NCBI GenBank assembly: GCA_044226625.1
Contig: JBGAGQ010000111.1
Location: forward strand, 1 to 12,705
DNA: 12,705 nucleotides
From: Thermoanaerobaculia bacterium
Lineage (GTDB): Bacteria > Acidobacteriota > Thermoanaerobaculia > Multivoradales > UBA5704
Reading direction: 5' to 3'
Shown: positions 7,100-12,705 of the stretch, piece by piece
Layout: the number at the start of each line of letters is the position of its first letter
Position numbering within the stretch: the stretch's first letter is position 1
Program-made: the position numbers and the translations under genes
Notes under the pieces: generated by a model
What the model was told of the DNA's origin: nothing
The model's input: the letters and a program-made list of their open reading frames with translations, nothing else
The model's database searches: none

Positions 7100-8316
7100 C
7101 CCGCGCCTCCCGGCAGATCCTGAAGAGCGGAAACGAGCGCGTCCACGTGGGAATCTTCGAGCACCAGCGGCGGCAGCAGGCGCAGAACCGCGGGATCGGC
7201 GCTCGTCCCGGCGAGCAGGCCGCGATCGAGCAGCTCCTTCTGCACCGCGCTCGCCGGCCGCGCGCAGCGCAGCCCGAGCAGGAACCCTGCGCCCTGGACG
7301 CCGGTGACCACGCCGCCCACGCCCTCCTCGGCGATCCGCTTCGAGAGCCGGCGCACGCGAGCGAGCAGATCCTCCTCCTCGATCGCCGTGATCGTCGCTT
7401 CGATCAACGCGCAGGCGAGCGGGCCTCCGCCGAACGTCGTGCCGAGGTCTCCCTTCTTCAAGCCCGCGGCGAGATCGTCCGAGACCATCACCGCGGCGGC
7501 CGGAAAGCCCCCGGCGAGCCCTTTGGCGGTCGTCAGCAGGTCGGGGGTGACGCCGTAGAGCTGCGCCGCGAACGGCTGGCCGGTCCGCCCCATGCCGCAC
7601 TGGACCTCGTCGAAGATCAGCGCCGCGCCGGCTTCGCGCGTCAGCTCGCGCGCCACCGAGAGATACGAGGCACCCAGATCGACCGCGCCGGCCATCCCCT
7701 GCACCGGCTCGAGGATCAGCGCCGCGGCGCCCTGGTCGTCGCCGCCCCGCGAGGCGAGCGCGCCGGCGAGCGCCTCGAGATCGCCCGGCGGCACGAACTC
7801 GACGTCGAACGGATGGCGCGGAAACGCCGCCCACTTCTCGGCGCCCCAGGTCACCGCCGCCGCCGCCGCGGTGCGGCCGTGGAAGCTCCCTTTCAGGGCG
7901 ACCACGCGCTTCCGCCCGGTCTTTCGGAACGCCAGCCGGAGCGCATTCTCGTTCGCCTCGGCGCCGCTGTTGACCAGGAACGCCCGGGAGAGCCCGGCCG
8001 GCGCGAAGCTCGCCAGCTTTTCCGCGGCGCGGGCCCGCACCTCGAGCGGCACGAGATTGCTCTGGAAGAACATCGCTTTCGCCTGGGCGGAGAGCGCCTC
8101 GAGCAACCGCGGATGGCCGTAGCCCAAGAGCGCCACGGCGTGGCCGCCGTAGAAATCGATCAGCTCGCGCCCGTCGCGGGTGAAGAGCTTCACGCCGTCG
8201 CCGCGCACCGGCTCGACCGGCAGCTGGGCATAGACGGGAAGCGTCCAACGCGCCTCGTGCGCCGCGGCGTCCGTCGCGGGAGCGATCTCCTTCGGTGCCA
8301 TCACGACCTGCGGCAT
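7096..8316 (-). CDS. argD: Acyl-ornithine aminotransferase, class III PLP enzyme (406 aa)
   Basis: GGAGG RBS before the ATG at 8316. Motifs NSGAEANE, SFHGRT, EPVQG, LIFDEVQCGMGRTG, AKGLAGG (PLP Lys), GTTFGGGP and LRLLPPL. Confidence 0.92.
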   Translation of the reverse strand: MPQVVMAPKEIAPATDAAAHEARWTLPVYAQLPVEPVRGDGVKLFTRDGRELIDFYGGHAVALLGYGHPRLLEALSAQAKAMFFQSNLVPLEVRARAAEKLASFAPAGLSRAFLVNSGAEANENALRLAFRKTGRKRVVALKGSFHGRTAAAAAVTWGAEKWAAFPRHPFDVEFVPPGDLEALAGALASRGGDDQGAAALILEPVQGMAGAVDLGASYLSVARELTREAGAALIFDEVQCGMGRTGQPFAAQLYGVTPDLLTTAKGLAGGFPAAAVMVSDDLAAGLKKGDLGTTFGGGPLACALIEATITAIEEEDLLARVRRLSKRIAEEGVGGVVTGVQGAGFLLGLRCARPASAVQKELLDRGLLAGTSADPAVLRLLPPLVLEDSHVDALVSALQDLPGGAG

Positions 8317-8367
8317 GTCTCGCCTCCTGGGTGACCCACTTTCGATGCTTCGCTGCTCCGACCTTCG

Positions 8368-8450
8368 CCCTCAAGCCCCTTTCCCAAGGAGAGGGGAACC
8401 GCCTCCATCAATCTGTCGTTCTCCCCTCTCCCCCCGGGAGAGGGCTTGGG
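8368..8450. repeat. Inverted pair of REP/BoxC-like hairpins in the argC-argD spacer
   Basis: CCCTCAAGCCCCTTTCCCAAGGAGAGGGGA (8368-8397) resembles the reverse complement of 8422-8450 (CCCAAGCCCTCTCCCGGGGGGAGAGGGGA). Same architecture as the 3584/3933 elements. Confidence 0.8.
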
Positions 8451-8451
8451 A

Positions 8452-9546
8452 TCAAATCCAGCCCAGCCCCGGCTGTGCGAGCCCCGCCACCTCGGGCAGG
8501 TCGAGTAGCCGGTTCATCCATTGCACCGCGCCGCCGGCCGCCCCTTTGACCAGGTTGTCGATCGTCGAGAAGGCGACCAGGTCGCTTCCCCGCACGGCAA
8601 ACGAGAGCAGCGCGCGGTTCGTGCCGACGACGTCCTGGAGGCGCGGCGGCTTGCCACCCTGCGCGGTGGCGACCTTCACGAACGGCGAGCCGGCGTAGAA
8701 GCGCGCAACCCCTTCCGCCACCTCTTCGAGGTCGACCGGCTTCGCGAGCCGGGCGTGGATCGTCGCGTAGATGCCGCGCGCGTACGGCCCCGACTGCGGC
8801 ACGAACGCGATCTCGACCGGCCCACCCGCGGCGCGCCCGGTGTGCAGGCGCATCTCCGGCTCGTGCCGGTGGGCGAGCGGGTTGTAGGCGAACAGGTTGC
8901 TCCGCCGCTCCGGGTGGTGCGTCGTCGCGGTGGGCGTCCGACCGGCGCCGGTGCTCCCCGTGACGGCCACCACGGTGAAGCGCGGCTCGATCAGGCCGAG
9001 CGAAAGGAGCGGCACCGAGGCGAGCAGCACCGAGGTGGTGAAGCAACCGGGATGAGCGACCCGGCCGTGCGGCGCCGAGGCGAGATGCTCCGGAACGGCC
9101 GAGACGAACTCCGGCAGGCGGGCCGGCGCGCCGTGCGGATGGCCGTAGACCGCCTCGTACGCCGCCGCGTCGGGAAAACGGAAGTCCGCCGACAGGTCGA
9201 CCAGCTTGACCCGCGCCCCGGCGTGCTCGGCGTTCTCGAGCAGCTCATCGATCAACCGCGCCGAGGCGCCGTGCGGGGCGGCCGAAAAGACGGCGACTGT
9301 CTCGTTCTCGGAAAACAGCCGCGGCAGTGCGTCCGTGCCGAGGAACTTGAGGCCCGGGTACGCCCCTTCGAGATGGGGAAACGCCTCCTCGACGAGAGAG
9401 CCCGGCTTGCTCTCGGAGATCGGCGCGAGATCGCGCAGGAACGGATGAACGGCGAGCAGCCGGAGGAGCTCCCCCGCGATGTAACCCGATCCGCCGATCA
9501 CCACCGTGCGGGCGGTGCCGTGGCCTCCAACTCCCGAGCCGCTCAA
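8452..9546 (-). CDS. argC: N-acyl-gamma-glutamyl-phosphate reductase (364 aa)
   Basis: The TTG start overlaps the upstream stop (TTGA, 9543-9546), with a GGGGAG RBS. Rossmann motif IGGSGYIAGELLRLL, VDLSADFR, catalytic HPGCF, TGSTGAGR, HRHEPEM and IDNLVKGAAGGAVQ. Confidence 0.94.
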   Translation of the reverse strand: MSGSGVGGHGTARTVVIGGSGYIAGELLRLLAVHPFLRDLAPISESKPGSLVEEAFPHLEGAYPGLKFLGTDALPRLFSENETVAVFSAAPHGASARLIDELLENAEHAGARVKLVDLSADFRFPDAAAYEAVYGHPHGAPARLPEFVSAVPEHLASAPHGRVAHPGCFTTSVLLASVPLLSLGLIEPRFTVVAVTGSTGAGRTPTATTHHPERRSNLFAYNPLAHRHEPEMRLHTGRAAGGPVEIAFVPQSGPYARGIYATIHARLAKPVDLEEVAEGVARFYAGSPFVKVATAQGGKPPRLQDVVGTNRALLSFAVRGSDLVAFSTIDNLVKGAAGGAVQWMNRLLDLPEVAGLAQPGLGWI

Positions 9547-10628
9547 CTCGCGAGCTCCCCGCCCGCGACGTGCGCGGGGGACAACGACATCAGGCGCGAG
9601 CGGACCAGCTTGGCGAGCCGCTCCCCGTCGGTCCGGGCGTTGATCGCCGGGACACCCACGGTCTCTTCGATGATCCGCGTCCCCACCAGGTTGTCGGTCG
9701 CCGGGCCGGTGACGGCGACCGGCTCGACGCCGAAGCGCTCGCGCAGCAGGCGCACGCCGCCCCAGGCGGCGACCGGGTCGTTCGCCGCGAGGACGACCGC
9801 CGTGAACGCCTTCTTGACCTCGTCGTCATCGAGGATCGCGTCGACCCCGTAGGCTCCGAGCAGGCCGTCGCCGAGCTCCACCATGATCGCCTCGGGCTTG
9901 CCCGCGGCGAGCTGGGTGAGCAGCGTGCGGGTGAGCGCCGCGGCGTTGACCGCCGAGGTCGAGACGATGCCGAGATCGGTGAAGATCGCCGTCGTCCGCG
10001 CGCCCGCGTCCTCCATCGCCAGGATGTCGCGGCGGAGCGATACGCCGGTCGCCTTGAACGCGTCGACCGTGTACCCGGCGTGGGAGAGCTGGCGGACCAG
10101 CGTACAGGCCGCCGCGGTCTTGCCGCTGTTCATGCACGAGCCGACGAGCGCGATCACCGGCACGCCGGCCGCGTCGAGCGGCGCCGAGAGGTCGAGCGGC
10201 CGCTCGCCGATCCGCGCCGGAACGCCGACCCGCTCGCCGAGGAACGGAAACGAAAGCACGGCTCCGATCACCTCCGCCTCGAACGGCGGCCCGAGGTCGG
10301 GGTTGATCGAATCGCAGATACCGACCACTCCGCCGATGTTCAACAGGTTCACCTTGTCGCCCGGCACCAGGTGGTCGGGGATGTGGCCCGAATAGCCGAA
10401 CAGCGCCTGCCGATGGCCGAGCGCTCCGGCGAGGACGTCGCCTTTCTTGACCAGCGCCATCCGCCCGCTCGGCAGCTCGAGCTGGTTATAGGTCGACTTG
10501 TCGGTGAGCACCCGCACGGCGACCACGATCCCTTCGCGGCAGGGGATCTCCGCGCTGGTGAGCACCTCCCGCTTCAAGCGGCAGGTCTTGGTCACCGACG
10601 CGATCTTGTCGAGCACGACGGCTTTCAT
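9543..10628 (-). CDS. Uncharacterised P-loop protein (361 aa), DUF1611/DgcN-like and BioD-like; candidate N-acylglutamate synthase
   Basis: The ATG at 10628 overlaps the argG TGA (ATGA), with a GGAGGA RBS. Its stop overlaps the argC start. Walker A-like VGSCMNSGKT (10116-10142), FKATG, RRD and MVELGDGLL (9864-9878). The CDS is secure, the function is inferred. Confidence 0.85.
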   Translation of the reverse strand: MKAVVLDKIASVTKTCRLKREVLTSAEIPCREGIVVAVRVLTDKSTYNQLELPSGRMALVKKGDVLAGALGHRQALFGYSGHIPDHLVPGDKVNLLNIGGVVGICDSINPDLGPPFEAEVIGAVLSFPFLGERVGVPARIGERPLDLSAPLDAAGVPVIALVGSCMNSGKTAAACTLVRQLSHAGYTVDAFKATGVSLRRDILAMEDAGARTTAIFTDLGIVSTSAVNAAALTRTLLTQLAAGKPEAIMVELGDGLLGAYGVDAILDDDEVKKAFTAVVLAANDPVAAWGGVRLLRERFGVEPVAVTGPATDNLVGTRIIEETVGVPAINARTDGERLAKLVRSRLMSLSPAHVAGGELAS

Positions 10629-11887
10629 ACGGATTCCTCCAGACCAGCCCGCTGATGGAGCATGCCGGGAAGCGCGGCCAGCCGCGACATCCCCCGGGCA
10701 TCCTCCGAAGTCCACTCCCCCGCCGCCTCACCGTAGACGCCGCGCGTCGCGGCGAGCAGCGAATGAGGCGACGTCACCCCTTCGACGAACAGGTTCCCCG
10801 GCCGGAAGCGGAGCCGGACCTCGCCGGTCACCCGCTCCTGGCTCCGGAGCAACAGCGCCTCGATGTCGCGGCAGACCGGATCGAGATGCTGCCCCTCGTG
10901 GACGAGATCGCCGTAGGTCTGGGCGACGCCCTCCTTCACCCGCTGCTGCCGGCCGGTGAGGGTGAGCTTCTCGAGCTCGCGATGCGCCGTGAGCAACACC
11001 TCGGCCGCCGGCGCCTCGAACGCGACGCGTCCCTTGGTACCGAGGATCGTGTCGCCGAGATGAATGCCGCGACCGATCGCGTAGGGCGCCGCCTCGCGCT
11101 CGATCCGCTCGATCAGCTCGACGGGCGCGAGCGCCTCGCCGTCCCAGGAGGTCGGAATTCCGCGCGTGAAACCGAGCCGGTGGACCACCGTCGGCCGCGG
11201 ATCGTCGAACGCGCCGCGGGAGAGCACCCACGCCTCCTCCGGGATCGTCCCCTCGCTGGTGAGCGTCTCCTTGCCGCCGATCGTCGTCCCCCAGAGCCCC
11301 CGGTTGATCGAATAGGCGGCGCCGAACGGCGGGACAGGCAGCTCCTTCGCCTGGAGATAGGCCACCTGGGCCGCCCGCGGGCGCGGATAGTCGCGCACCG
11401 GGGCGAGGATCTCGAGCCCGGGCGCGAGCGTGCGGAGGGCGACCTCGAAACGCACCTGGTCGTTGCCCGCGGCGGTGCAGCCGTGGGCCACCGTGCGCGA
11501 GCCGAGCGACGCCGCGGCGCGCGCGACCTCCTGCGCCTGGATCGACCGCTCGGCCCCGACCGAGAGCGGATAGAGCTGGCCGCGGCGGACGTTGCCGAGG
11601 ATCAGGAAGCGGAGCACCTGATCGAAGAAGCGCTCGCGCGCCTCGATCCGATGGTGGGCGATCGCCCCGAGCGCCCGCGAGCGCTCGGCGAGCTCCTCGA
11701 CCGCGGCCGGATCGAGCCCGCCGGTGTCGACCGTCACCGTCACCACCGGCCGGCCGTAGGTCTCGGCGAGCCACGGGATGCAGTACGACGTGTCGAGCCC
11801 GCCCGAAAACGCGAGGACGATCGGCTCGCCGGGGTCCGAGGCCGTAACCGGTCCGGTAGAACCGACGTTCGATGCGAGGTCAGCCAT
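10625..11887 (-). CDS. argG: Argininosuccinate synthase (420 aa)
   Basis: Motifs VLAFSGGLDTS, AHGCTAAGNDQVRF, YSINRGLWG and GTKGRVAFEAPAA. GAGGAG RBS. 8-bp overlap with the argR stop. Confidence 0.96.
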   Translation of the reverse strand: MADLASNVGSTGPVTASDPGEPIVLAFSGGLDTSYCIPWLAETYGRPVVTVTVDTGGLDPAAVEELAERSRALGAIAHHRIEARERFFDQVLRFLILGNVRRGQLYPLSVGAERSIQAQEVARAAASLGSRTVAHGCTAAGNDQVRFEVALRTLAPGLEILAPVRDYPRPRAAQVAYLQAKELPVPPFGAAYSINRGLWGTTIGGKETLTSEGTIPEEAWVLSRGAFDDPRPTVVHRLGFTRGIPTSWDGEALAPVELIERIEREAAPYAIGRGIHLGDTILGTKGRVAFEAPAAEVLLTAHRELEKLTLTGRQQRVKEGVAQTYGDLVHEGQHLDPVCRDIEALLLRSQERVTGEVRLRFRPGNLFVEGVTSPHSLLAATRGVYGEAAGEWTSEDARGMSRLAALPGMLHQRAGLEESV

Positions 11888-12344
11888 CTACGTGCTCCTC
11901 CCGCAAGAGATCCAGATGACGCAGGAACCGCTGTTGATCCCGGGCGTTCGCCGTGGCGACGAAGATCGTGTCGTCCCCCGCGAGCGTGCCCACCACCTCC
12001 GACCATCCGGCACGGTCGATCGCGATCGCGACCGTCTGCGCCGTACCCACGGCCGTCTCGAGCACGACCAGATTCGCGCCGGCCTTCCGCGCTCCGCGGA
12101 CGAACCGGCCGATCGGCCCAAAATCGGCACCCGCCGTCGCCTCCGCCGCGGGAGCCACGTAATGCCCCGCGACCTTCGCCACGCCGAGGAAACGGAGATC
12201 CCGGCTCACGCTCGACTGCGTCGCTTCGATCCCGTGCTCTCCGAGGAGGTCCACCAGCTCCAGCTGGTTCGCCACCCGGCGCGCCCGGAGCAGATCCAAG
12301 ATCACTCGTCGTCGGTCTCGATGCAGATCGTCTTCCGGCGTCAT
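11880..12344 (-). CDS. argR: Arginine repressor (154 aa)
   Basis: ATG at 12344 with AGGGAG upstream. Winged-HTH NQLELVDLL...ATQSSVSRDL and arginine-binding VGTLAGDDTIFV. Confidence 0.95.
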   Translation of the reverse strand: MTPEDDLHRDRRRVILDLLRARRVANQLELVDLLGEHGIEATQSSVSRDLRFLGVAKVAGHYVAPAAEATAGADFGPIGRFVRGARKAGANLVVLETAVGTAQTVAIAIDRAGWSEVVGTLAGDDTIFVATANARDQQRFLRHLDLLREEHVDG

Positions 12345-12412
12345 GTCTTCGGCTCTCCCTCGCGCGCCCGCATCCACCGCTCGACGCCGCGGCGCGCAAA
12401 AGAATGCGGCGG

Positions 12413-12441
12413 ATACTGCATGATGATGCATGAATAGTCAA
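12413..12441 (-). promoter_or_regulatory. Putative sigma70-type promoter of the arg operon, overlapped by ARG boxes
   Basis: On the minus strand: TTGACT (12441-12436), 17 bp, CAGTAT (12418-12413). Palindrome TGCAT-GATG-ATGCA at 12417-12430, and a second box TGCAT-GAAT-AGTCA at 12427-12440, both fitting TG(A/C)AT-N4-AT(G/T)CA. This is an AT-rich patch in GC-rich DNA, directly upstream of argR. Confidence 0.75.
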
Positions 12442-12474
12442 GCGGAGAAGGCGCGGATTTGGGATGTCCGCAGA

Positions 12475-12705
12475 GTCGGGCTCTAGCGGCCTTTCAGGCC
12501 GCGCTCCATTCCCCCTGCCTACCCAGGGCATCGGCCTTCGGCCTCAGCCCTGGGCTGGAATCTACCGGCCCGTTGGGCCGGCAGGAAAGGCAGCTCCCAA
12601 CCGCGTCCCGAAAGGCCGGCAGTCAAAGATTGTCTCCAACCCACGGCCGAAGCGGCACGCATGCCCGCGGCCTGAAAGGCCGCCAGAACCCAGCCCAGGG
12701 CTGAG
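12475..12705. repeat. Cluster of REP-like palindromes of a second family, in inverted arrangement, running off the window end
   Basis: GCGGCCTTTCAGGCCGC (12486-12502) has an exact reverse complement at 12667-12683. CTCAGCCCTGGGCTG (12544-12558) has its reverse complement at 12691-12705. Further hairpins are CCCAGGGC...GCCCTGGG (12522-12554) and CCGGCCC-GTT-GGGCCGG (12565-12581). Confidence 0.85.

Noticed and set aside
3983-8316. Arginine succinyltransferase (AST) catabolic operon
   Set aside because: No astA, astB or astD is present. argG, argH, argB, argC and ARG boxes over the promoter indicate biosynthesis.
6077-8374. 765-aa ORF read as an ArgD-ArgF' fusion or extended transcarbamylase
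   Set aside because: The first 425 residues are an off-frame reading over argD. The true start is the GTG at 7099, with a GGAGG RBS and a GTGA overlap.
3983-10628. LysW/carrier-protein-dependent lysine or arginine pathway
   Set aside because: There is no small LysW with an EDWGE C-terminus and no RimK/LysX ATP-grasp ligase, and ArgF' needs a small-molecule N-acylornithine.
2515-12433. Long plus-strand ORFs (2515-4098, 4842-6272, 6068-7084, 7081-8334, 8521-9852, 9570-10655, 10655-12433)
   Set aside because: Antisense shadows of GC-rich arg genes. They are Arg/Gly/Pro-rich and have no recognisable motifs.

Overview
GC-rich bacterial DNA. Most of the window (2368-12344, minus strand) is one arginine-biosynthesis operon: argR-argG-[unknown P-loop protein]-argC-argD-argF'-argB-argE'-argH. 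Several junctions are stop/start overlaps, and a sigma70-like promoter overlapped by ARG boxes lies upstream. The transcarbamylase has Ala at the acyl-specificity position (MDGAAAEH), and the deacylase carries Bacteroidota-type ArgE' motifs, so the pathway probably runs on N-succinyl rather than N-acetyl intermediates. There is no argA, argJ, GNAT or lysX/lysW gene in the window. Instead a 361-aa DUF1611/DgcN-like, BioD-like P-loop protein is translationally coupled between argG and argC, and is the best candidate for a non-orthologous N-acyl(succinyl)glutamate synthase. Also present: a REP-bounded 3x90-bp repeat insert between argE' and argH that forms a 144-codon ORF overlapping both neighbours, an array of about 12 phased 13-bp palindromes (2002-2260), two REP-like families, a truncated metallophosphoesterase, and a lower-GC membrane-anchored orphan gene.
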